Origin: Mobula birostris
Lineage: Eukaryota
Reading direction: 5' to 3'
NCBI RefSeq assembly: GCF_030028105.1
Contig: NC_092372.1
Location: 173,172,058-173,236,057 of the forward strand
Length of the DNA stretch: 64,000 bases
Below the pieces are notes generated by a model, which searched no databases, was not told the DNA's origin, and worked only from the letters and a program-made list of their open reading frames with translations. Made by a program: the position numbers and the translations under genes. Each line of letters opens with the position of its first letter. Position 1 is the first letter of the stretch. This document shows positions 36,911 through 48,941 of this stretch, piece after piece.

Positions 36911-38131
36911 TAACAGCACATTTGGAAAGCGGTGAAATCATTGGACAAAGTCAGCATGGATTTGTGAAAGGAAAATCATGTCTGACAAATCTCAGAATTT
37001 TTTGAGGATGTAACTAGTAGAGTGGATAGGGGAGAACCAGTGGATGTGGTATATTTGGATTTTCAAAAGGCTTTTGACAAGCTCCCACACAGGAGATTAG
37101 TGTGCAAACTTAAAGCACATGGTATTAGGGGTAAGGTATTGATGTGGATAGAGAATTGGTTGGCAGACAGGAAGCAAAGAGTGGGAATAAACGGGACCTT
37201 TTCAGAATGGCAGGCAGTGACTAGTGGGGTACCACAAGGCTCACTGCTGGGACCCCAGTTGTTTACAATATATATTAATGACTTAGACGAGGGAATTAAA
37301 TGCAGCATCTCCAAGTTTGCGGATGACACGAAGCTGGGTGGCAGTGTTAGCTGTGAGGAGGATGCTAAGAGGATGCAGGGTGACTTGGATAGGTTAGGTG
37401 AGTGGGCAAATTCATAGCAGATGCAATTTAATGTGGATAAATGTGAGGTTATCCACTTTGGTGGCAAAAACAGGAAAACAGATTGTTATCTGAATGGTGG
37501 CCGATTAGGAAAAAGGGGAGGTGCAACGAGACCTGGGTGTCATTATACACCAGTCATTGAAAGTGGGCATGCAGGTACAGCAGGCGGTGAAAAAGGCAAA
37601 TGGTATGCTGACATTCATAGCAAGAGGATTCGAGTACAGGAGCAGGGAGGTACTACTACAGTTGTACAAGGTCTTGGTGAGACCACATCTGGAGTATTGT
37701 GTGCAGTTTTGGTCCCCTAATCTGAGGAAAGACATTCTTGCCATAGAGGGAGTACAAAGAAGGTTCACCAGATTGATTCCTGGGATGGCAGGACTTTCAT
37801 ATGATGAAAGACTGGATCAGCTAGGCTTATACTCGTTGGAATTTAGAAAATTGAGGGGGGATCTTATTGAAACGTATAAAATCCTAAAGGGATTGGACAG
37901 GCTAGATGCAGGAAGATTGTTCCCGATGTTGGGGAAGTCCAGAACGAGGGGTCACAGCTTGAGGATAAAGGGGAAGCCTTTTAGGACCGAGATGAGGAAA
38001 AACTTCTTCACACAGAGAGTGGTGAATCTGAGTTGGATGATCAGCCATGATCATACTGAATGGCGGTGCAGGCTCGAAGGGCCGAATGGCCTACTCCTGC
38101 ACCTATTTTCTATGTTTCTATGTTTCTATGT
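36911..38131 (+). mobile_element. 5'-truncated CR1, same subfamily as 17920-22200
   Basis: Near-identical to about 20866-22200; [14 protein letters not shown] and FADD; (tttctatg)n tail. Confidence 0.93.
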
Positions 38132-38859
38132 CGTAGGTTGAAAAACTTTGATCTCTGTATGTGACAATTTAATATAATGCACTCATCCTTTAAATTGTTG
38201 TTGATATTTATACACAATATCAACCCTGTGGATATTAGCAAGATAATTATATAGTATCAGTTCCACTTCTGCGATGAAGAGTACTCCAATCCTTTTGTCT
38301 AAACCCACCCTGTTCCCCAACTTTAAGGCATCACCAGTTCATTCTCGGTGCACGGTCATTGCTTACATTTCAAATAAGCCCCACAGCTGCAGTGTTCTTT
38401 TCAAACAAGTGACGCACTTTTTATGATTCATTACAACCATAACAATTAGCACACTATAAATAAGACAACTCCCTGGGGATGCATTTTCTGATATAGGTTT
38501 TTGTCAAATCTAACACTAGTAATAAAAGTGAGGAAGTCTGCTTCATTTCTTTGTGCATAGTCATACAAATATTGCCCAGTCTTGAATATCAATGATTAGG
38601 ACTTTAATAAGCTAATTTTCAGCAATAGGTATTTCAAGTATTTTTATTTGGAAAGAAAAATGATAATGAGGTGTGTAAAGAAAGCACTTAAAACACGTGG
38701 ATCCTATTTGCTGAATCGATAAATCTTCACCTACACTATAAATTTCTTAAAAACTCAATCTTTTAGGCAGATTTGGGTAATTTTTTACTTCAATTTGCCT
38801 TCTCTAAGCTGCTTCTTTATTTCTCTCCACCCAAAACCACTGACTCAGCTACATCAGCG

Positions 38860-39170
38860 TCATGGCAGCATTGTAGTTAAAATAGTACTCAAGAGATTTG
38901 GACCATTGCTTGGGAGGCATGTCTTCAATCCCACCACAACAACTGGGGTATTTAAATAGAAAAAGTAATGAATACATGTCAGAATATCAGTAAAGGTGAC
39001 TATAAAACCACTAAAACCCATCTGGTTCATTAATGTCATACATTTGTGATGGAATCCGCCATCCTTACAGGACCTAGCCTATGTGGTAGTGGACAAAACA
39101 GTGAAGATTTGGAGTCTGAACTGCCCTGTTAGGAAGCTCATTATATTATCAGTCAGGGGGAAATTCTGGC
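38860..39170 (+). mobile_element. Old chondrichthyan tRNA-derived SINE
   Basis: ttcaatcccaccac..aaaacccatctggttcattaatgtc..gccatccttac resembles, from memory, a common shark SINE body. Confidence 0.45.
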
Positions 39171-39519
39171 CAATGAAACCCTCATCTGAAAATGATTCCA
39201 TTCCACTAGCATATTTCTTGTGCTTTTTCACTGCACAGTTAGTAAATGAGTATTGATGAATACTTATGGCAAATATTGCAGGCCCAGGTCATCATTTAAT
39301 AAGATTTCTAATTGCACAGTTATGAACAGATGGTGAACATTCCAAAATAGCCCGCTCTCTTTATCACCCAAAATGATATTGAAGAAGCTTTAGCAAGTGC
39401 ATGTGGGTGTACAGCACACTTTCTGCTCTTCAGCTGCAGACCTATGGTGGGCAAAATGTGGATCTGGTATCAAATAAAATCAACTCCTTCGTCCTCAATC
39501 ATAACAAGGCAAGCTTCAA

Positions 39520-40640
39520 CAGGCTTACATGCATCTGGATGAGCCAGGCAGCACCGTGAGAATCATGTTATTTGATTTCTCCAGTGCTTTTAACACCATA
39601 TGACCTGCTAGGGGGATGCAGTTGGATGCTCTAGTGTCCTAGATTACAGACTACCTGTACAGACGGCCACAGTATGTGAGATTACAGAGCTGTGCATCAG
39701 ATACTGTGGTTAGCAGCACAGGGACACCTCAGAGGAATGTCCTGTTCACCGTCTACACCTCAGACTTCAGGTACAACTCTGTGTCCAGCCACCTGCAGAG
39801 GTTTTCGGACGATTCGGCAGTTGTGGGCTGTATCAGCCGGGGTCAAGAGGCTGAGCACACAAGAGTGGTGGACAACCTTGTTGAGTGGTGTGGGCTGAAT
39901 CATCTGCAGCTCAACATCACTAAGACAAAGGGGTTGATGGTGGACTTCAGGAAGGTGAAAACACCCTGCATTCCCATCTCCATCAAGGGAACGGATGTGG
40001 AAGTCGTCTGGACTACAAATTCCTGGGAACTCACCTGGACAATAAACTGGACTGGACTAAAACACAGGGGCCCGGTACAAGAAGGGACAGAGCCGACTGT
40101 TCTTCCGGAGGAGGCTCTGATCATTCAACATCTGCAGTACAATGCTGCAGATATTCTACGACTGGGTGGTGGCCAGCACTCTATTCTACACTGTAGTGTC
40201 TGGGGCAGCAGGGTGCGAGCAGCCGATGACAAAAAGATCGATAAGCCCGTCAGCAAGGCTGGTTCTGTTCTGTGGGTGGAACTGGATTCCCTGAGAGGAG
40301 GATGCTGCAGAAGCTACAGTGCATGGTGGACAATCCCTCTCACCCCTCCATGACAAACAGAGGAGCTCCTTTAGTAACAGACTGATTCCATCGAGGTGCA
40401 CCACTGAACGCCACAGGAGATCCATTCTCCCCGTGGCTATAAGACTCTACAACTCCACCTCTTTAAGTACAGAAGCATATGGCTTCATTGCACACTGGTA
40501 TTTTGCACTATTACTTTTTAATGCACATTTTTGCATTCTTTTTCATACCTCAATGGCTTCATTGAGTGTATATATTTCTGACTCAGCAACCTTGCACAAC
40601 AATTTCCTTTGGAATAAATAAAGATTTATCTTATCTTATT
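39520..40640 (+). mobile_element. Rex1/Babar LINE RT 3' half
   Basis: RIMLFDFSSAFNTI, STGTPQ, LQRFSDDSAVVGCI, LQLNITKTK, HPL..RLIPSRCTTERHRRSILPVAIRLYN; (atctt)n tail. Confidence 0.88.
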
Positions 40641-41787
40641 AAATATTGTACAACTTCACTAATGTAAGCAACTGGAGAGTACCACATCATTGACTTATAT
40701 ATCGTAGATCATGGAAGCCTTTGGAGAGGCAGGATTCCAACAATGAAGGCTTTTTACCCAAGTCACATTCGCTTCAGTAAGAGGCAGCTGAACAAGTATG
40801 GGGGTAGTGTGGTGGTGCTGGAGAGGGAGGGGGAGGGTGGAATGAGAGTCAAGAGTTAGAAGATGTGTAATGATGTTCAGCTCCCTGACAGGGCTGGAAC
40901 CTGCTCAAGGAGCCTCCCTTGCACATATTACTGAACAGGAATACGCAAGAACGACACCCAATTTCACCTGCGATACTCTAGATGAGCATTACTGAATGAA
41001 GAACGTAATTACATATGGATTCTATGTGCCAATCTGCACAAGTGCCATCTACGCCATTGAGTGCCCCGTGGAATTTCCAGAGGGGTGCAATTCAATCCAT
41101 CAACCAGCATAATTACATTCCAGTTCATCACTTTTCATAGACATGGGGCTGAAAATAGCAGGATTTTATAGCACTTCTTCCAAACAGAGGAGCATTTTCA
41201 ATTGCTTTCCCCTTATTTAATGACAGAGCAGTTTTTCTTCACTTTTAACAGCAAGCCATCAGAGAGTGGGATATAATATAATTGTGTCTATTTACAATGG
41301 AGGATCAAAATCTATGCCTGATCCACAGTATGTCAAGCACAAATTATGTCAAAGCTCCAAAGAGAATGAAGAAAAAATGTTGCAGTGACCTTCCTTACAG
41401 CAAAACTGCCTGTTGTACCTGAGGGGGGAAGGAGAGGGGGGAACCAATCATCAGTCCTAGCAAGATTGACCAATGTCTGCACCAAGTCGCTTATAGGCTG
41501 CTGATGGTTATAATAATTATAACAAATAAAAGTAAGATCCAACACCTTCCTTTATTTTCTACTTTCTTACTAGGTCTTTACCAATTTGATCATCCATAAA
41601 GATCACCATCTGCTCATTAACTCTGTCCTTATAAGTATCTGCCTGCCTTCTCTCCTCAGTTTTTTGCCAACATCAATCAAACCAGCAGTATTCTTGGGCA
41701 TTGTCTCTCCTCTCTTCAGGTGAGTAATCATTAATCATTAATCCACCACAATTTAAATTACCCCTGCCTGGCCATGTTAATACTTTT

Positions 41788-42294
41788 AAAAACTCAAACA
41801 CGAGGAAATCTGCAGATGCTGGAATTTCAAGCAACACACATAAAAATTGCTGGTGAACGCAGCAGGCCAGGCAGCATCTCTAGGAAGAGGTACAGTCGAC
41901 GTTTCGGGCCGAGACCCTTCGTCAGGACTAACTGAAAGAAGAGATAGTAAGATTTTTTTTTCTCTCTTTTTCTCCCTCTGTCCCTTTCACTGTAACCCTT
42001 GCCCATCCTCTAGGTTCCCCCCCCCCTTTTCTTTCTCCCTGGGCCTCCTGTCCCATGATCCTCTCATATCCCTTTTACCAATCACCTGTCCAGCTCTTGG
42101 CTCCATCCCTCCCCCTCCTGTCTTCTCCTATCATTTTGGATCTCCCCCTCCCCCTCCCACTTTCAAATCTCTTACTAGCTCTTCTTTCAGTTAGTCCTGA
42201 CGAAAGGTTTCAGCCCGAAACGTTAACTGTACCTCTTCCTAGAGATGCTGCCTGGCCTGCTGCGTTCACCAGCAACTTTTATGTGTGTTGCTTG
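41788..42294. mobile_element. PLE insertion with inverted terminal repeats (two hammerhead copies facing outward)
   Basis: Minus arm 41795-41955 and plus arm about 41960-42294; 14-bp TSD atgttaatactttt at 41774-41787 and 42295-42308. Confidence 0.9.
41894..41929 (-). ncRNA. Minimal type I hammerhead ribozyme (PLE-associated), intact core
   Basis: Minus strand: AGUC CUGACGA A GGGUCUCGGCCC GAAA CG UC GACU. Stem I AGUC/GACU, conserved CUGANGA and GAAA, stem II GGG/CCC, palindromic ACGU stem III, GUC cleavage triplet. Confidence 0.85.
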
Positions 42295-42430
42295 ATGTTA
42301 ATACTTTTGCGTGGTTTGTACATTGAGATCATGTGCAGTGTGCCAGATATCCCTGATACATAAATGCAATTCAGTTCAGTAGGCTGTGTTGCAAAGTATT
42401 ATTTTAAACTCTAGCAACTTTCGATCAAAT

Positions 42431-42679
42431 GGCAAGGAAAGGTAAGTCGCATCCGGAGTTTCTCCGGTTAGCGGACGATTTCCCTCCATGCCTCTCTGAC
42501 GTAGTGGGAAACCTTTACAGCAGTGGTTTGCCATTGCCTTCTGCCAGGTGAGTTTCCAAAGAGATCACCAGTTCGTAACCCAGCACAGATGGAAAGCGTG
42601 CAGGGGAGCCGGCTGGGTTCAAACTTGGGACCTTTTGTCCCGAAGTCCGACGCTGATGCCTCTACGCCACCAGCTGATC
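42431..42679 (-). mobile_element. tRNA-derived SINE with an RTE/BovB-type tail motif
   Basis: Minus-strand head TGGTGGCGTAGAGG..GTTTGAACCC; GAAGGCAATGGCAAACCACT motif; TSD ttcgatcaaat at 42420-42430 and 42680-42690. Confidence 0.8.
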
Positions 42680-43341
42680 TTCGATCAAATAGTTTTTTTT
42701 AAATTAGCAAATACAAGGTTTATTGGTGAGGGGATACACCTATTGTGCTTTTTGAATTCTAACTTCCTACAAGTTAAAGTCCTACAACATCCACCCCCTA
42801 AATGCAGAATTTCAGGCTGGCCAATTATCAGCTGTATCTTCATTGAAGAAAATAGCAAAGCATTGTCATCAGAAGTGTGACACCCATTCTAAATTTCTAG
42901 TGGTTATGAGTGAGTGAAAGAAAGTCAAATACTGAAAGGTAGGCTGATAGGAAGCACAAGTGATTGAGGAAGGGGATAGAGAGGGAGCTACTGAGGGCCA
43001 TTTTTCTCCTGACAATTGAGAGGTAGCCTGCATTTGTAGATGGTACTCTAATGAAACTACTAAAACTCCAGCAACCAAGGTTTGATTCTGACTTTTAGGG
43101 GCTGTCTGTGTGGATATGCATGTCTTTCTGTGACCATGTAGTTGTTGGGAGTTCAATTCACAACTGCAAATTGCCCCTGATGTGAAGGTGTGTGGGAGGG
43201 CAAAAATGGGATAAGTATATATAGTCAGCATGGATTTGTTGGGCTAAAGGGCCAATTTAAATGCTGTACAACTCTATGGCTTCTTTCATTGTTAGAAAGG
43301 GGCAAACAAACCCAATGTCACATCCAAAGAACATTGAATGA

Positions 43342-44497
43342 TGAGAACAACAGGAATTCTGCAGATGCTGGAAATTCAAGCAACACACATCAAAGTTGCT
43401 GGTGAACGCAGCAGGCCAGACAGCATCTCTAGGAAGAGGTACAGTCGACGTTTCAGGCCGAGACCCTTCGTCAGGACTAACTGAAGGAAGAGTTAGTAAG
43501 AGATTTGAAAGTGGGAGGGGGAGGGGGAGATCCAAAATGATAGGAGAAGACAGGAGGGGGATGGATGGAGCCAGGAGCTGGACAGGTGATTGGCAAAAGG
43601 GATATGAGAGGATCATGGGACAGGAGGCCCAGGGAGAAAGACGGAAGGGGGGGGGAAATCCAGAGGATGGGCAAGGGGTATAGTCAGAGGGACAGAGGGA
43701 GAAAAAGGAGAGTGAGAGAAAGAATGTGTGTATGAAAATAAATAACGGATGGGGTACGAGGGGGAGGTGGGGCATTAGCGGAAGTTAGAGAAGTCGATGT
43801 TCATGCCATCAGGTTGGAGGCTACCCAGACTGAATATAAGGTGTTGTTCCTCCAACCTGAGTGTGGATTCATCTTTACAGTAGAGGAGGCCGTGGATAGA
43901 CATGTCAGAATGGGATGTGGAATTAAAATGTGTGGCCACTGGGAGATCCTGCTTTCTCTGGCAGACAAAGCGTAGGTGTTCAGCAAAGCGGTCTCCCAGT
44001 CTGTGTAGGGTCTCGCCAATATATAGAAGGCCACATTGGGAGCACCGGACGCAGTATATCACCCCAGCCGACTCGCAGGTGAAGTGTCGCCTCACCTGGA
44101 AGGACTGTTTGGGGCCTTGAACGGTGGTAAGGGAGGAAGTGTAAAGGGCATGTGTAGCACTCGTTCCGCTTACAAGGATAAGTGCCAGGAGGGAGATCAG
44201 TGGGGAGGGATGGGGGGGTACGAATGGACAAGGGAGTCGCGTAGGGAGCGATCCCTGCGGAAAGCAGAGAGAGGTAGGGAGGGAAAGATGTGCTTCGTGG
44301 TTGGATCCCATTGGAGGTGGCGGAAGTTACGGAGAATAATATGTTGGACCCGGAGGCTGGTGGGGTGGTAGGTGAGGATCTGGGGAACCCTATTCCTAGT
44401 GGGGTGGCGGGAGGATGGAGTGAGAGCAGATGTACGTGAAATGGGGGAGATGCGTTTGAGAGCAGAGTTGATGGTGGAGGAAGGGAAGCCCCTTTCT
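43342..44497 (-). mobile_element. Penelope-like element (Neptune-type), 5'-truncated: RT C-terminus, Cys linker and GIY-YIG endonuclease
   Basis: FKERGFP..LTYHP..AFRRDRSLRDSLV, PCKRNECYTCP, VIYCVRCSQCGLLYIGET..RFAEH..VATHFN..EQHLIFSLGSLQPDGMN; TSD ttgaatga at 43334-43341 and 44498-44505. Confidence 0.93.
43443..43478 (-). ncRNA. Minimal type I hammerhead ribozyme (PLE-associated), intact core
   Basis: Minus strand: AGUC CUGACGA A GGGUCUCGGCCU GAAA CG UC GACU. First stem II pair is G-U. Lies in the 3' terminal repeat of a GIY-YIG PLE. Confidence 0.8.
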
Positions 44498-45229
44498 TTG
44501 AATGACAAGATATAGCTTTAAAGGGGGGGGGGGAGATAAACCAGTGTTCAAATTTGACAATTGGTGAAACAACATTAAAACATCTTTGAAAATGCACGCA
44601 GTCTCTGACCTGATTTGTGATTCTCGGTAATATATTTTAAAAAACCTTAACGCTTGTGTGCATAGTTCTTGGAATCATCCTCATTACAAATTCGTAGGAC
44701 TATTTTTACATGTCCTGGGAATAGGAACTGCTGAGAAAATTGTCATGTTAATTGGCCTCTCCCCTCGGTGTGATGCGGCGCCAAAAAATATCATCACGTA
44801 TTCCAGATTACATTGGGCAAATGAAGGAAGTCACACCAAAACCGTAAAAACAAAGATAATTAGAACAACGTGAAACTGGCATTTAAGAGCCGTGTGACTG
44901 AAGTGTTATCACTGATTCTATTAGAAAGGTAGGAGCGGGTATTATATATACTGTATATAATGGTGTATCTCTCAAAACGGGGGGGGGGGGAGAAAAAAGA
45001 GCTAAAGTGGAGGTTTGGTTATTCTACAAGACTGGTCCAATTATCCCCAGGCACAGTTCAAATCTACATGTCTCTCGATCTCCAATCACCATATGGAATT
45101 GAATAAGATAAATTTACATTTATCACCAACTATAAAGCACGCCAGGTCAAAGGAAACCAAAAGATTTGGTCTTTTTAAATTCTGCCCAGCTGGTTTCAAA
45201 GGGATTTCTCCCAGCCGGAACACAAAGTA

Positions 45230-45620
45230 AACTCTTTGCAGAGCGCCGTCACTTACAATCTCGGCGATCATGAGCAGCCCGGGAAAGGTCTTGAGGAAAG
45301 CCCGGTCGCAGCTCCTGGCCGTCGAGCCGAAAGACGAGGTGTAGGTGCTGCTCGTTGTGCTGATAGTCCGGGGTCGATCTTCCATCTTTGAAAGGACACG
45401 GCGCTAACTTTGGAAACTTTGCCCGTGTATCACTGGGAATCGGAGCCGGGCGCCGAAGTCAAAGCTGCGGGAAATCCATGGTATTGAACCTCGGAGCCCC
45501 AGCGACAATGCGGCAGCGCGGACAGCCGGCGGGCCACACTCCCCCAGGTGGCTGAGATAACGTCAGGTAAACTCAACAGAGCATTCACCGCCGTCTCTAC
45601 ACGCCCCTCTGCAAATGGTA
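45230..45620 (-). promoter_or_regulatory. CpG-rich island, cmtm8 promoter and 5' UTR
   Basis: Non-repeat GC/CpG-rich patch overlapping exon 1; TGACGT (CRE-like) on the minus strand near 45560. Confidence 0.6.
45257..45385 (-). CDS. cmtm8: CKLF-like MARVEL transmembrane domain protein 8, coding exon 1
   Basis: Translates to MEDRPRTISTTSSTYTSSFGSTARSCDRAFLKTFPGLLMIAEI, matching the recalled vertebrate CMTM8 N-terminus (..YDREFLRTLPGFLIVAEI). Ends in phase 0 at a perfect GTAAGT donor (plus-strand acttac 45251-45256). ATG context is aagATGG. The gpd1l 3' end lies upstream on the same strand, as in mammals. Confidence 0.9.
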
Positions 45621-45859
45621 ACATTGCTCATCACTTTTTAAAGATACAGTCTGGCGAATTTCTGTTCAGCTTTCACATTTTATATTTTAACCCCTGCAGC
45701 AGTGATTCTTCTATTGTTCGTTCTATATGCGACTCTATACCATTTTACAAAATCCTCCGGCGTGACCTAGAAATTATGTTCCTGTTTTCTCAGGGAAAAT
45801 CTGCCTTTAGATGCCACAGTAAAAATTATGAAAAACATGACGGACATAGATGAAAGGTC

Positions 45860-46170
45860 TTTCTTTCTCGCGGTATAGGGGAGTCTAAAACTAGAGAACA
45901 CAGATTTGAGAAAGAAAAAATGACGGAAGAGACCTGAGGGGCAACTTTTCCACAGAGAGGACAGTGGGTATGTGAAATGAGCTGCCAGAGGAAGCTGTAG
46001 TGGTAGATACAATCACAGAATTTAAAAGACATTTTGACAGGTACATAGGTGGAAAAGATTTAGTGGGATATGGGTCAAATGCAGGCAAATGGACTAGCTC
46101 AGATATACTCCTTGGTTGGCATGCACGAGAAGGGCTGAAGGGTCTTTTTAAGCTGTATAACTTTTTGACT
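45860..46170 (+). mobile_element. CR1 3' end remnant
   Basis: GESKTREHRFEK-like remnant and a typical CR1 3' UTR (gggctgaagggtct). Confidence 0.7.
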
Positions 46171-47912
46171 ATTATATGATCAGGTGATTGCATATATGAA
46201 GATGAACTTTGCATTTGATGTCATTCACTGAAGGGATTTTTTTTTTCGTCAGTAGTTTGTTAGGACTACCCATTGCATCATCCAAGGGAAGTGACTCTGA
46301 AAGCCAGAAAGTCAAATCTTGTCCACCCTGAATGTATATGTCAATGATACCACAATGGCAACTTTGTGGCATGTAACACCTTTAAAGTAGTGATGTATTA
46401 GTGCAGTACAAATAGAGTTTAATTAAAACCATACTGTTAACCACTGTTGCTTTATAATACTTCTTCAGAATAATTGGGTTAATTTACTAGATCAAAATTA
46501 CTTTAAACAAGAAATCCAATATAAAAACCATTCATTCATTTTTGTTAATCCAAAATGTGGCAGCGATTGTAAGTGTAAAATGTTAATGTTGTTTTCAAAT
46601 AATATACTGTAGGTTAGTTGGAACATCCCAGGTTGCTACTTTATTTGACCAATGCCTGAAGCAACAGGAATTTCCTTGGAATGAAGATGACCCATAAAAT
46701 CTCCTGCAACAAGGAACTGGAACCCATTTTATTCTCTGAGGCAGGTGCAGTCACCTGAATCTGCTGTACTCCAGGACTCCGTTAATAATAGATTCTGTAT
46801 TAGATATACTCAGTGACTGGGATTCTTGAGAGAAGAATTCCAAATATTCATTGCCCTCTGGATGAATAAATTTCTTATTCCAGTCCTTTGTTTGGAGTCT
46901 GTGATTCTGGTTTCCATATATCATCCTTGCATATCCCTGTCATAGCCCATAAAGACATCCTCTTTTTCTTCTAAGCTCAAGAGAGTTTTCTTAATTGCTC
47001 CTCTTTGAACATTTTTTGTATGATTATAATTGTCCCCTATCTCATTACTCAAATATGTTGACCTAGGAAAAGGAATATCTCAAACAAATCATTTATAATG
47101 AAATGCTTCTTTACAGTTACTTCCCTCATCTTAATTCCTCCCCTCTTGTAACAAATAATCTGACTATTGGTAAAGTATCACTATTTGCATCAGTCAGAGT
47201 TACAGAGTCAAACAAAATGGAAACTTTGGTCCAATTCGCCCAGTGTTGCCCAGTGAACTTGTCTTGTCTGCCTATGTTTGGCCCTTAGACTCTCCAACTC
47301 ATGTACTTGTAGAGATAGCTTTCAAATGTTGCTAATCCAGCCACTTCAACCACTATTTCTGGCAGGTCATTCCAAGTATACAGCATCTTTGCATGAAGAA
47401 TTTGCCCCTGATGTCACTTTAAAATTTCTTCCCTCTGTTCTAAAACCGATGCCCCCTTGTTTTTCTCACCCCTTCCCTTGGGAAGAAGACAGCCTGCGCC
47501 CGTCTTGTATACCACCCGTCAATCTCCTGAGTTCCAGTGTATACAGTCTTGGTCTACATAACCTTTCCTTGTAACTCAAGCTCCCAAGTCCAAGCAACAT
47601 CTGGGTAAATATTTTCTACACTCCCTCGAGTTTAACATTATCTTTCCTCTTACAGGGTGACCAGAACTGTATGCAATACACTAAGTGTGGTGCCGTGCAT
47701 CTTGAATATGTCTTGTGTAACTGCAACATAATTTCCATAGATCCCTCAAAGTTGTCGCACAAGTTGGTTGGGTGGTAACGAAAGCATAACCGTCTTGGTG
47801 TTAGCCTTCAATAGTCAGGGGATTAAGTCAAGAATGGTGAGGTAACATTGCGGCCCTAAAAAACTCTGATTAGGCCACACTTGCAATATTGTGTTCAGTT
47901 CTGAATGCCTCA

Positions 47913-48041
47913 NNNNNNNNNNNNNNNNNNNNNNNNNNNNNNNNNNNNNNNNNNNNNNNNNNNNNNNNNNNNNNNNNNNNNNNNNNNNNNNNNNNNNNNN
48001 NNNNNNNNNNNNNNNNNNNNNNNNNNNNNNNNNNNNNNNNN
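47913..48041. other. Assembly gap (129 N) within a CR1 remnant
   Basis: N run. Confidence 0.99.
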
Positions 48042-48307
48042 TTTTCATTATTATGCATTGCAACATACTCTACTACACAGAGGCTTTTTTTTTACACAGA
48101 GTGGTAAATGCATGGAACATGCTGCCAGGGGTAGAGGTAGAGGTAGATACATTAGGACATTTAAGAGACTCGTATAGGCACGTGGATGAAAGAAAAATGG
48201 AGGGTGATGAGCTATGTGGGAGTTGAGCTGTCACAACTTCCTGCTCACAAAGACCATAAGAACTTAAGTGTCATGAGCCCTGTGGGCCTCTGCGGCATGC
48301 TGTAGAG

Positions 48308-48941
48308 CAGTGGTCCCCAACCTCCGGGCCGTGGACCGATACCGGGCTGCGAAGCATGCAGGGGTGCAGCAGTAGCCGGAGCGCACCCAGCACATCTTTT
48401 AAAAAAAAGGCCAAAGTAAACAAGCTAATTAATTAGGTGCTGCCCAGAAGCTAGTATTCATTAGAGGAACTGAAGTGGAGAAGGGCAATAACTTTAAATT
48501 CTTCAGCATTAAGGATCGACGTTTTTCTCTCTGAAAAGTGTCAGAGGATCTGTCCTGGGACCAGCACATAACTGTCATTACAAAGAAAGCACGACAGCGC
48601 CTATACTTTATTAGAAGTTTGTGTAGATTCAACATGTCACCTTGATCCTGACAACCCTGACTTTTCAGCCTGTCTGGGCTGGCGTTTAAATAGACCAAAC
48701 AATGGAACAGCTAAAGGCTCCAGCACTCTGGAAAGAGGAGTGAACATCACGTAGAGCAAGTGAAATCAGCAATCGCCTCTGATCTGGGCCGACATTTACG
48801 TACTGGGCGGCACCTAATTAATTAGCTTGTTTATTTCGGCTTTTTTCTTAAAGATGTGCTGGGTGCGCTCCAGATACTGCTACACCTCTGCATTCTTCGC
48901 AGCCCGGTATCGGTCCACGGCCCGGAGGTTGGGAACTACTG
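48308..48941. mobile_element. hAT (Charlie-like) MITE
   Basis: About 135-bp imperfect TIRs starting CAGTGGTCCCCAACC; perfect 8-bp TSD ctgtagag at 48300-48307 and 48942-48949. Confidence 0.92.

Noticed and set aside
45086-45256. C-terminal half of the 99-aa ORF 45086-45385
   Set aside because: Read-through past the GTAAGT donor into the intron; similarity to CMTM8 stops at AEI.
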